Below are positions 31,944 to 40,762 of a stretch of 64,000 bases of DNA, in pieces. This DNA is from Candidatus Eiseniibacteriota bacterium (lineage in GTDB: Bacteria > Eisenbacteria > RBG-16-71-46 > JABDJR01): positions 96,001 through 160,000 of the forward strand of contig CAWANH010000003.1 of NCBI GenBank assembly GCA_963783375.1, read 5' to 3'. The notes beneath the pieces are model-generated. The model did not search any database, was not told the DNA's origin, and saw nothing but the letters and a program-made list of their open reading frames with translations. Positions within the stretch are counted from its first letter, which is position 1; the number at the start of each line of letters is the position of its first letter. The translations under genes were made by a program, and so were the position numbers.

Positions 31944-32024
31944 CCGACGCATTATACATTTCTCGACGGCCGGCCCGTCACCCCGGTTGGCGGGGCGCCC
32001 GCGGCGCGGCTACAATTGAGGCCT

Positions 32025-32831
32025 ATGAAAACCGGAAACTCCCTCCTCGGCGTCCTCATGTTCGTGATCGTCGGAGCCGGACTCGGCCTGGGCTTCAACG
32101 CCCTCCGACCCCAGCCCCTCCCCTGGGTGGCCACCCCCAAGACCGCGGTGAAGCTGGAGGACCTGTCCCCACCCACCGCCTCGGCGGACCCGGCGACGCC
32201 CCTACCCTCGGAGTCCAATCCGGCATCCGGGTCGGCGATCGCCTCCGAGATGAGCGCGACCGACGGGAGCGACCACGGCGCCGCACCCGCCCCGAAAGAG
32301 GACGCGCCGTCCAAGCCCGCCCCGGTGAAGGCCGCTCCGGCGGAGACCACCGCCGCGAAGGGGACCGAAGGCGGGGCGACCAACGGGAAGGCCGTCGCCG
32401 ACACCGGCAAGACGGTTCCGGCCAAGCCGGCGTCCAGGATCACCGCCGAGGCGGTAAAGAAGCTTTATCCCGACATCCCCGAGTCCGACGTTCCCATCGA
32501 CGTCTCCCTGGCCAAGGCCAAGGAGTTCTACGATCGGGGCGGGCTCCTGGTTCTCGACGCCCGCGATATGGACGAGTACGTCGACGGCCACATCAAGGGC
32601 GCCCTGGACGCGCCGTACGACGACAAGGTCGGGGACATCCAGTGGCTGATGGACACCGCCAAGGACCCGCGTCCGATCCTCTGCTACTGCAACGGCGGGG
32701 ATTGCGAGCTCTCGCTGGATCTGGGCACCGAGATCACCCGCACCGGTCACAAGCGGGTTCTCATCCTCACCGACGGGTACCCGGGATGGCGGAACGCGGG
32801 ATACCCCATCGCGCCGGGAAAGAAGCCGTGA
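32025..32831 (+). CDS. Membrane-anchored rhodanese-domain protein
   Basis: N-terminal TM (GLGFNALRP), Ala/Pro linker, LDARD..Y..GHIKGA, YCNGGDC, GYPGW..AGYP. Confidence 0.85.
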   Translation: MKTGNSLLGVLMFVIVGAGLGLGFNALRPQPLPWVATPKTAVKLEDLSPPTASADPATPLPSESNPASGSAIASEMSATDGSDHGAAPAPKEDAPSKPAPVKAAPAETTAAKGTEGGATNGKAVADTGKTVPAKPASRITAEAVKKLYPDIPESDVPIDVSLAKAKEFYDRGGLLVLDARDMDEYVDGHIKGALDAPYDDKVGDIQWLMDTAKDPRPILCYCNGGDCELSLDLGTEITRTGHKRVLILTDGYPGWRNAGYPIAPGKKP

Positions 32832-33283
32832 GCGGCCCCTGGGGTTGGCGGTACATCTTCCGTCTCGCCCTCGGCATCGTGTTCGTGTGGGCTTCGCTGG
32901 CCAAGATCGGCGATGTCCCGGGGTTCGCCGCAGAGATGCACAACTACCGCATCCTCCCCATCGGTCTCGAGAACGTCTTCGCCATGACCCTTCCCTGGAT
33001 CGAGCTCCTGGCCGGGGTGGCCCTGGTGGTGAACCTAGCTCCCCGCTCGGCCACGATCATCCTGGGCGCGCTTCTGGCGGTGTTCCTCCTGGCCATCCTG
33101 AGCGCGGTCATCCGGAACCTGGACATCGCCTGCGGCTGCTTCGGCACCGCGGACGCCACCCGCACCGGTTGGGTGGCCATCCTCCGGGACCTGGGATTCC
33201 TGGCCCTCGCCCTCCTCGGCTATCCATGGGGAACCGCGGAACGGGTCCGGGTTCCTTCCGCGGCCATGACCGTCCGTCCGTGA
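32828..33283 (+). CDS. MauE/DoxX family redox membrane protein
   Basis: RLALGIVFVWASLAKI, LPWIELLAG, DIACGCFG, RDL; GTGA overlap with the rhodanese gene. Confidence 0.85.
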   Translation: MSGPWGWRYIFRLALGIVFVWASLAKIGDVPGFAAEMHNYRILPIGLENVFAMTLPWIELLAGVALVVNLAPRSATIILGALLAVFLLAILSAVIRNLDIACGCFGTADATRTGWVAILRDLGFLALALLGYPWGTAERVRVPSAAMTVRP

Positions 33284-33375
33284 TCCCAGGGGGAGTCGCC
33301 GGGTCCGGGACGCCGCGCCGCGGTGCCCGGCTCCTTTGGCTTGTCCCGGGCGCTCCCGACGCGTAGGCTCCCCCG

Positions 33376-34155
33376 GTGTCCGTCCTCGTCCTGATCCTCA
33401 TCTTCCTGGGGGGCTCGATCGCCGGGGTGATCAACACCATGGCCGGCGGCGGATCCCTCATCACCCTCCCCCTCCTCATCTTCGCCGGCCTCCCGCCCAC
33501 CGTGGCCAACGGCACCAATCGCGTGGCCATCGTGCTCCAGAACGTGGGGGCCCTGGCCGGCTTCCGGAAGAACGGCCTCAAGGTGGGCCGCGAGGCCTGG
33601 CTTCTTCTGATCCCTTCCCTCCTCGGCGCCTATCTGGGGGTGCGCCTGGCGGTGAACCTCGACGAGACGATGATGCGCCGGGCCATCGGGGTGATCCTGG
33701 TGGTCATGCTGGTGCCGCTGCTTCGCCGGCGCCGTCCCCGCCCCCCGGAGGGCGCGGTGCGGGTATCCACCCGCTGGTGGCTCTGGCCGGTCTATTTCGC
33801 GGTCGGGGTCTACGGAGGGTTCCTCCAGGCCGGGGTGGGATTCTTCTACCTGGCCCTGTTGGTGGGGCTCCAGGGGCTCGACCTGGTGCGGGCCAACCTG
33901 ATCAAGATCTTCCTCATTCTCATGTACAGCATTCTCGCTCTGGCCCTCTTCCTGGCCGAGGGAAAGGTGGCGCTGGTCCCCGGCCTGGCCCTGGCGGCGG
34001 GGAACGCGCTGGGAGGATGGGTGGGGGCGCACCTCGCGGTGCGAAAGGGCGAGAGCTGGATCAAGGTCGTCCTGGCCGTCGCGGTGATCGTTTCGGCGGC
34101 CCAACTCACCGGGCTCACCCGGCTTCTGGCCCGGCTGCTCGGCATCGGAGGTTGA
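33376..34155 (+). CDS. TauE/SafE family sulfur-compound exporter
   Basis: INTMAGGGSLI, ANGTNR, YGGFLQAGVG. Confidence 0.88.
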   Translation: MSVLVLILIFLGGSIAGVINTMAGGGSLITLPLLIFAGLPPTVANGTNRVAIVLQNVGALAGFRKNGLKVGREAWLLLIPSLLGAYLGVRLAVNLDETMMRRAIGVILVVMLVPLLRRRRPRPPEGAVRVSTRWWLWPVYFAVGVYGGFLQAGVGFFYLALLVGLQGLDLVRANLIKIFLILMYSILALALFLAEGKVALVPGLALAAGNALGGWVGAHLAVRKGESWIKVVLAVAVIVSAAQLTGLTRLLARLLGIGG

Positions 34156-34159
34156 GCGC

Positions 34160-35071
34160 GTGACCCCCGCATCGATCGTGGACCTCCACACCCATTTCTT
34201 CGGCCCGGTCTTCTTCCGCACCCTGGCCGCCGCCGCCCACCCGAAGGGGGACGTCGTCCCCGGCTTCGGACGCCTTCGCGCCGCGGGGATCGAGGTGCCC
34301 GGCGGAACTCCCGTCGATCACGCCCGGCGGTGGCTGGCCGAGATGGACCGCCACGGGATCGCCCGCATGGTGACCTTCGCCAGCGTTCCCGAGGAGATGG
34401 AATCGGTGGCGGAGGGGGTGGGGGTGTCCGACGGCCGGCTCATCCCCTTCTGCCTGGTGAACCCCGCCGCCGAGGCCTCGGCGGCGCGGGTGCGAACCCT
34501 GGTGGAGGCCGGAGGCGTCCGGGGGCTCCTGCTCTTCCCCGCCATGCATCATTTCGACCTTTCCGACCGGGAATTGGATCCGTTCTACCGGGAGGTGGAG
34601 CGGGCCGGGATCCCGCTCATCGTGCACATGGGCGCGCTCCGGGTCCAGGTGCGCGACATCCTGAATCTTCCCTCGGACTTCGACATCCGCTATGCGAACC
34701 CGGCGCGCCTGGCCGGAGCGGCGGAACGTTTCGCGGGAATCCGCTTCGTCATCCCCCACTTCGGCGGCGGCTACTTCGAGGACGCCCTGGCTCTCGGCCG
34801 AAGCCGTTCCAACATCTCGGTGGACACATCGAGCAGCAACGCCTGGATCCGTCTCCAGCCCGGAGCCCTCACCCTGGCCGAGGTGTTCCGGCGCGCGGTC
34901 GAAACCCTCGGCCCGAAGCGCGTCCACTTCGGCACGGACTCCAGCGTCTTTCCCCGGGGCTGGCGCGACGACGTGTACCGGGACCAGGTGCGGGCGATGG
35001 AGGAGGCCGGGCTCCCCCCGGAGGACCGGGCGCGGATTCTGGCCGGAAACACGCTTTCCCTCCTGGGCTGA
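34160..35071 (+). CDS. Amidohydrolase_2 family protein
   Basis: DLHTH, IVHMG, PHFGG, VDTS, HFGTDS. Confidence 0.82.
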   Translation: MTPASIVDLHTHFFGPVFFRTLAAAAHPKGDVVPGFGRLRAAGIEVPGGTPVDHARRWLAEMDRHGIARMVTFASVPEEMESVAEGVGVSDGRLIPFCLVNPAAEASAARVRTLVEAGGVRGLLLFPAMHHFDLSDRELDPFYREVERAGIPLIVHMGALRVQVRDILNLPSDFDIRYANPARLAGAAERFAGIRFVIPHFGGGYFEDALALGRSRSNISVDTSSSNAWIRLQPGALTLAEVFRRAVETLGPKRVHFGTDSSVFPRGWRDDVYRDQVRAMEEAGLPPEDRARILAGNTLSLLG

Positions 35072-35152
35072 CCGGCGGCCGACAACCGGTCGCAGCCGAC
35101 GCGACGCCCCGGCCTCCGCGCGCGATTCACCGCGCGCTCCGGATGGTCTAGA

Positions 35153-35614
35153 ATGACCGCCATGGAAGTTCGCGCCGGATATCGGGAGGCTCATCTGGTG
35201 GTGGCGGCGGTGCGCGTCCTGGCCCACCGGGCCGGGGGACGCCCGCCCACCGCGGCGGAGGTGGCCGAGCTGCTCGGCCTCTCGCGGGAGTGGGTGGGGG
35301 TTCTGGCCGCGTCCCTGGAACGGGAGGGCGTCCTTCGTGCGCTGACCGGCCCCTATGAGAGCCGGTTCGAGGTGAAAGACCACCTCGCCCTGGAGAAGCT
35401 CCCTCGCGAGGAGACCTCGGCCGGCGTGGACGAGGAACTCCGCGAGTTCTCGGCCCGGAAGAAGCAGGAAGAGGAAACACTCCGGAACCTCTTCACCTCC
35501 GGCGACGCGCTCAAGAAGCAGGAGAAGAAGATCGACCGTCTGACCGACGATCTCAAACGCTTCAAGGACAGGCCTTCCCGCCGGCTTCGCGACAATCCGT
35601 TCGAGGACGACTGA
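35153..35614 (+). CDS. Small winged-helix protein with coiled-coil C-terminus
   Basis: PPTAAEVAELLGLSREWV...LEREGVL; charged helical tail. Confidence 0.6.
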   Translation: MTAMEVRAGYREAHLVVAAVRVLAHRAGGRPPTAAEVAELLGLSREWVGVLAASLEREGVLRALTGPYESRFEVKDHLALEKLPREETSAGVDEELREFSARKKQEEETLRNLFTSGDALKKQEKKIDRLTDDLKRFKDRPSRRLRDNPFEDD

Positions 35615-35642
35615 GCCTCGTTCTCCGACCCGCCGATTCGTG

Positions 35643-35678
35643 TTGAGCGGGCTCAAAGCATTCTTTGATCGCGCTCAT
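35643..35678 (+). promoter_or_regulatory. Two tandem FNR-type boxes
   Basis: TTGAG-CGGG-CTCAA (35643-35656, perfect arms) and TTGAT-CGCG-CTCAT (35665-35678), centres 22 bp apart; FNR consensus is TTGAT-N4-ATCAA. Confidence 0.55.
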
Positions 35679-35841
35679 GGACGCGCGTCGGGAACCGGAG
35701 TTGAATGAGCATGCCGGATCCGATCAGCGCGGACCTGGTGACTCCGGGGCGCGGGACCCGCTTTCCGTCCCGTGGACGTATCTGACCCACCGGAGCGTTT
35801 GCCGGGTAATTGGGATCTCAAACAATAGGTACTTGCCCGGG

Positions 35842-35874
35842 ACGGGGCCTCGCGGACACGAGGCCCCGTTTCCT
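35842..35874 (+). terminator. Intergenic terminator-like hairpin
   Basis: acggggcctcg-cggaca-cgaggccccgt (11-bp stem) followed by ttcct. Confidence 0.6.
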
Positions 35875-35991
35875 ATCGGCCGGACGAGCCGGTTCGACAA
35901 GCCGCTTCTTGGTCGTGAATCGCCGTTTCGACGGGTTCGCGGCTTCCCACGCCCCCCCCGCATTGGCATATACTCGACTCCAGGGGAGGGG

Positions 35992-36693
35992 ATGACGATG
36001 GCGACCCCGGGTGTGACTTGCGCAGAGTGCGCCTTGAACGTGGAGGGCGCGTTTGCCGTTCTCGACGATCGGGCGAGGGGCATCCTGGACCGGGCCAAGA
36101 CCGTTCACGAGTATCAACCCGGGCAGGGCATCTTCTATGAGGGCACCCCCGCCGAAGAGGTCTACTGCATCCAGTCCGGGCTGGTGAAACTCTACCGATC
36201 CGATCCGGATGGTCGCCATTACGTTCTCCGCCTCGCCGGTCCCGGGGAGCCACTCGGCTACGAGGCGGTCATGGCCGGATTCCCCTACACCGCCACCGCG
36301 GAGGCGCTCCGCCCCACCCGGAGCTGCATTCTACCCGGGCGCATTCTCCACGAGCTCATGTCCCAGGTGCCCCAACTCGGACCCCGGTTGATCGTCGACC
36401 TCGCCGGGCGGCTCCGGGACTCCGAGGATCGCCGGGTGGCCCTGGCCCAGCTGTCGGTGCGACAGCGCGCGGCGGGTCTTCTCCTTCAGCTCGCCGACGG
36501 ATCCAAGCGGGGATCCCCCGTGACCCTCCCCCTCCGGCGCACCGAGATGGCGGACATGATCGCCACCACCCCCGAGACCCTGTCCCGGGTGCTCCGGGAT
36601 CTGGGCGAGGGGGGTTTGATCACCCTCACCCGCAAGGACCTCCTCATCCTGGATCCAAGCGGCCTCCGGGCCGCCGCCTCCCGAGAGCCCTGA
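35992..36693 (+). CDS. Crp/Fnr family transcriptional regulator
   Basis: GGGGAGG RBS; N-terminal CAEC; cNMP-fold IFYEG..SGLVKL; HTH with TTPETLSR. Confidence 0.9.
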   Translation: MTMATPGVTCAECALNVEGAFAVLDDRARGILDRAKTVHEYQPGQGIFYEGTPAEEVYCIQSGLVKLYRSDPDGRHYVLRLAGPGEPLGYEAVMAGFPYTATAEALRPTRSCILPGRILHELMSQVPQLGPRLIVDLAGRLRDSEDRRVALAQLSVRQRAAGLLLQLADGSKRGSPVTLPLRRTEMADMIATTPETLSRVLRDLGEGGLITLTRKDLLILDPSGLRAAASREP

Positions 36694-36819
36694 TCCCCGC
36701 CTCCCCCCCCCTGCACCTCCGGAGCCCTCCGAATTCAAGCCGGCGCCCGACCCGCCGAAAACTGAACCCGAACCCGGTCACCCGGCCCACGCGCCGCCCG
36801 GGTCCGGGAGGACAGATCA

Positions 36820-38412
36820 TTGAACGATCCGACATCCGACGTGGGGGCGTACGGCGGCGTTGCCGGGAGGGTCCTTCGGGAAGCCCTCTCCGGGGCCACC
36901 GTACTCACCGGGGGCGCCCTGGTCCTGGTGCTGGGCATGGGAGGGTTCATCCTCCATCGCCTGGGCACCGAGGGAGCCGACGTCGTCTTCGGACAGTTGG
37001 TGCTGGCCCTGGTGCTGGCCCGGTTCGCCCTGAACGGGCGGTTCGGCGAGTGGGGCGGAACGCTCTTCTCCGAGCAGGGAGGATCGTGGCTCGACGTCGC
37101 GGCGGTCACCGCGCGCTACCTCGCTCTCACCGCGGTGTGGTTCGTGCCGCTCTATCTCCTGGGCTGGCGGTTGAGCGGGATGGGAGAGGCGGCGGCGGGG
37201 GCCATGATGGGAGCGGGCGGGTCCCGGATGCTCTCCCTCACCCTGCTCGCGGTGGCCGCCACCACGCTCACCCCTCCCGTGTTCCTGATCGCCTCGGTGG
37301 GGGCGGAGAACTTCGCCGAGATCTTTCTCCCCGCCCACTGGCGACGCCTGTTCGGCGGCCGGCTCCACGATCTCTTCCTGGTCTACGTGGTTTATCTGGG
37401 CGCTCTGGGCATGGTGGCCACGCTGGCCCTTCCTCCCCTTCTCGCGCTGGCCTTGCACCACCCCAACCCGGCCCTCATGACCGGACTGGGGATCCTCGCC
37501 TTCACCGTGGGCCTCTCGGCCTCGCTCCTGGGCCGGCTCTGCGGCTTCTTCACCGCCTTCGAGGGCGGGGTTGCGCCGATGGAGGCGCGATGGGATCCCG
37601 AAGATCCCGCCCTCGCGCCGGAGTTCGCCGGCCCCGAAGCCTCGATGCTCCTTTCCCCGGGAGAGGAGCCGGGAACCGCCTCCCGCGCGTCGGACCCGCC
37701 GACTGCGGTCGCGGAGGATCCCGCGGAGGCCGGGGCGATTGTCCCGGACCCGACCGGCCCTCCCCTGTCCGGTCGGGGAGCACGGTCCGAAGCGGCCGGA
37801 TTCCACCTGGTGGAAGGCGGGAAGCCGCACACCCCGTCGGGCAAGGGGCCGCTCCTCGACGCCCGGAAACGGGTGGAGGAGCTGGTCGCGCGGTTTCACA
37901 CCGACTCCGGTGCAGCCATGGACGCGCTGGAAGCGCTGCGGGAGGATTACGCTCCGAACCCGCTGGTCCTGCATGCGCTGACCCTGCTCCGGCAGAGGGC
38001 GGGGGACAAGGACGGCTCCCTCGAGCTGGCCCCCGAGGCGCTGGCCCTGTGCCTGGCGCGCGGAGCGACCAGGCTCGCCGCGGAGATCTACGCCACCCAC
38101 ATCTACGGCGCGGAGACCTTCGAGCTCTCCCGGGATCAGGTGTTGGAAATCGCCGACGAGCTTCGCCGGGACCGGATGCTCCCCGCGGCGGAAACCGCCT
38201 ACCTTCGCATTCTGGACCGGGACCGGGAGGAGCGTCGGGCGGTGAAGGGGCTCCTTCAGGTGGCCGACGGCTATCTCCATCATGCCCCCAACTTCCCCGA
38301 CGCCCACCGGCTGTACGGCGTTCTCCTGGAGCGCTGTCCGGACTCGCCCCTGGCCATGTTCATGCAGGAAGGCCTGGCCGAGGCCGAGCGACGGATGCAC
38401 CAGGCCTCGTGA
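36820..38412 (+). CDS. Multi-TM membrane protein with Pro/Ala linker and C-terminal TPR-like domain
   Basis: About 6-7 hydrophobic segments, an acidic Pro-rich linker, then helical repeats ending LERCPDSPLA. Confidence 0.6.
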   Translation: MNDPTSDVGAYGGVAGRVLREALSGATVLTGGALVLVLGMGGFILHRLGTEGADVVFGQLVLALVLARFALNGRFGEWGGTLFSEQGGSWLDVAAVTARYLALTAVWFVPLYLLGWRLSGMGEAAAGAMMGAGGSRMLSLTLLAVAATTLTPPVFLIASVGAENFAEIFLPAHWRRLFGGRLHDLFLVYVVYLGALGMVATLALPPLLALALHHPNPALMTGLGILAFTVGLSASLLGRLCGFFTAFEGGVAPMEARWDPEDPALAPEFAGPEASMLLSPGEEPGTASRASDPPTAVAEDPAEAGAIVPDPTGPPLSGRGARSEAAGFHLVEGGKPHTPSGKGPLLDARKRVEELVARFHTDSGAAMDALEALREDYAPNPLVLHALTLLRQRAGDKDGSLELAPEALALCLARGATRLAAEIYATHIYGAETFELSRDQVLEIADELRRDRMLPAAETAYLRILDRDREERRAVKGLLQVADGYLHHAPNFPDAHRLYGVLLERCPDSPLAMFMQEGLAEAERRMHQAS

Positions 38413-38434
38413 GCCGGGCCGGATCCGGCCGCGG

Positions 38435-38463
38435 TTGACAGCGCATTCCCCGGCGGTTTAACT
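38435..38463 (+). promoter_or_regulatory. Sigma70-like promoter
   Basis: TTGACA-17 nt-TTAACT upstream of the beta-barrel gene. Confidence 0.45.
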
Positions 38464-38588
38464 CCCCCTGGGCGCGGCACGAACCTGCCGCGCTCGTTCT
38501 TCCGGTGCGCCCGCGCGCTCCGGAGCCGGGGACGGTCGCCCCCGGCGCGGCGGAAGCCTTGGCAGCCCCCGGGGGATGAACCACCGTC

Positions 38589-39521
38589 ATGACCGATTTC
38601 AAGCGCCAGGTCCTCGTGTCCGCCTGCCTTGGCCTCGCCGTGCTCGCCCCGCCCGCTCCGGCCCGGGGCGCCACCCGGCAGGCGGAGGACGTCCGTCCCC
38701 TCTTCGACGTCTTCCACCTGGAGTACGAGTCATTCCCCGAGGAGGGGCTTCGGGGAACCGGTCGCTCCTCGCCGGAAACGAAGATCCAGGTATCGGCGGC
38801 CCGGGCCGTGCTGAACCTCCCGACTCCGATCGGATCCCGCACCACCCTGATCCACGGACTCCGCTACGGTTACCTGAACACCGAGTACGCCGGGTTCCCG
38901 GCCGACTACGGCCCCCCCCGACCCACCGACCTCCACGCCGCCGGCTATTCGCTCACCGTGCTCAGGAAGTTCTCCTCGTCCTGGCTCCTCCACGTCTCCG
39001 CCGGTCCCGAGATCGCCTCCGACTTCCACCACGTCGACCACGGCCACTGGAAGGTGCGCGGCGAGGGCTACCTCGATCGCCGGATGAGGCGGAGCCTGGT
39101 CTGGGGGTTCGGGGCGGCGTACACCGACGTCACGGGAAGCCCCGAGATCCTGCCGGTGCTGCATCTGCTGGCCGGCTCCGGGGGCCGCGCGCGACTGGAG
39201 ATCCTCGTTCCCTACCGGGCGGAGGCCATGGTGACCCTCCTCCGGGGCGTCGACCTGGGGCTCTCCGCCCGCCTGGAAGGGGACCGGTACCGGCTCGGAC
39301 GAAGCGGGCCGTCGCAAAACGACTTCGTCCGATACTCCGTGGCGACCGCCGGGCCCAGCCTGGAGCTCCAGACCATGAACGGCATGTATCTCCGCCTGGA
39401 CGCCGGGACCGCCTTCTCGCGCACCCTGGAGATCCGGGACCGGAACGACGATGCGCAGGTGGGGAGCACCGAGCCCAGGAACGTCTTCTTCCTGCGGGGA
39501 GGGCTCGCGTTCAAGATCTGA
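38589..39521 (+). CDS. Outer-membrane beta-barrel (DUF6268-like)
   Basis: Signal peptide; amphipathic strands; PEIASDF; C-terminal GLAFKI. Confidence 0.6.
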   Translation: MTDFKRQVLVSACLGLAVLAPPAPARGATRQAEDVRPLFDVFHLEYESFPEEGLRGTGRSSPETKIQVSAARAVLNLPTPIGSRTTLIHGLRYGYLNTEYAGFPADYGPPRPTDLHAAGYSLTVLRKFSSSWLLHVSAGPEIASDFHHVDHGHWKVRGEGYLDRRMRRSLVWGFGAAYTDVTGSPEILPVLHLLAGSGGRARLEILVPYRAEAMVTLLRGVDLGLSARLEGDRYRLGRSGPSQNDFVRYSVATAGPSLELQTMNGMYLRLDAGTAFSRTLEIRDRNDDAQVGSTEPRNVFFLRGGLAFKI

Positions 39522-39546
39522 CCGCCGCATCGGAGGACGCCCCGGG

Positions 39547-40704
39547 ATGGAACATGACGACGGCCTGACCCACGACGTCCTGGTGGTGGGCGGAGGCCTG
39601 AACGGTCTCGCCGCCGCCTGGCAGCTCGCCCGCCTGGGAACGGGCCGGATCGCGGTGCTGGAGCGCTTCCGGCCCGGCCACGTCTTCGGGAGTTCCCACG
39701 GCGCCGCCCGGGTCATCCGCACCACCTATCCGAGCGCGGTGTACGCAAACCTCATGCGGGTCGCCAACGCCGAGGAGTGGCCCCGGCTGGAGCAGGCGGC
39801 CGGGGAGCCGCTGATCCACCGCCACGGCGGCATCTTCTTCGGTCCGGCGGGGGGGCTCTACGACGGCTACGCCGAGGCGATGGCCGTCTTCCCCGAGGAA
39901 GTCGACCGGCTGTCGCCGTCGGAGGCGGCGAGCCGGTATCCCGGCTTCCGGTTCGAGGACCCGGCCGGGGTGTTGTGGGACCGGACGGCGGGGGTGATCG
40001 CCGCCGCCCGGACTCTCCGGGCCCTGGATCGTCTCTGCCGTTCCGCCGGGGTGGAGATCCTCGAGGAGACGCGGGTGACCGGGATCGCCCCCGGCCCGGG
40101 GGCCGTCCGGGTGGCCACCGATCGGGGAACCCAGCGGGCGGAGCGGGTGATCGTGACCGCGGGGCCGTGGACGGCGACGCTCGTCCCCGAGCTTTCCCGC
40201 CGGCTCACCGTGAAGCGCCAGCACGTGGGCTACTACCGGCTGGGGATGGGTCGCTCCGACGTCTCCCCCGAGCGGTTCCCGATCTGGGCCTACCTCGGCC
40301 GGGAGGAGGACGACTTCTACTACGGCCTCCCCGAGTTCGAGCGAGTGGGGGTCAAGGCGGCCCGCCACGTGACCTCGGGTGGGACCGGGGACGACCCGGA
40401 CGCGGATCGCGAGCCCTCGGAGCCGGTCCTCCAGGACCTGGACGCCTTCGTGAGGCGGCTCTTCACCGCATCGGTGGAAGAGCGCATCGCCGCGGAAACG
40501 TGCCTCTACACCAACGCCCCCAACGAGGACTTCATCCTCGATCGCCATCCCTCGGACCCTCGAATCGTGATCGGCGCGGGGTTCTCCGGTCACGGCTTCA
40601 AGTTCGGCCCCTTGACCGGCCGGATCCTGGCCGAGTTGTCCCTCCACGGCCGGACCACCGTGGAACCGTTCGAGTCGAACCGGAGGGTCTTCGCTTTCCC
40701 GTGA
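39547..40704 (+). CDS. solA: FAD-dependent oxidase of the sarcosine/N-methyltryptophan oxidase family
   Basis: VVGGGLNG, GSSHGAARVIR, TAGPW, TCLYT, GFSGHGFKFGP. Confidence 0.8.
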   Translation: MEHDDGLTHDVLVVGGGLNGLAAAWQLARLGTGRIAVLERFRPGHVFGSSHGAARVIRTTYPSAVYANLMRVANAEEWPRLEQAAGEPLIHRHGGIFFGPAGGLYDGYAEAMAVFPEEVDRLSPSEAASRYPGFRFEDPAGVLWDRTAGVIAAARTLRALDRLCRSAGVEILEETRVTGIAPGPGAVRVATDRGTQRAERVIVTAGPWTATLVPELSRRLTVKRQHVGYYRLGMGRSDVSPERFPIWAYLGREEDDFYYGLPEFERVGVKAARHVTSGGTGDDPDADREPSEPVLQDLDAFVRRLFTASVEERIAAETCLYTNAPNEDFILDRHPSDPRIVIGAGFSGHGFKFGPLTGRILAELSLHGRTTVEPFESNRRVFAFP

Positions 40705-40762
40705 CCCGGGCCGCGCGGCCTCCGTTCACCGGGGGCGGCTCTCGGTTACCCAGGACCGGAGG

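Noticed and set aside
35665-35991. N-terminal extension of the Crp/Fnr ORF
   Set aside because: It overlaps the FNR boxes and a terminator hairpin; a strong RBS sits at the 35992/35998 start.
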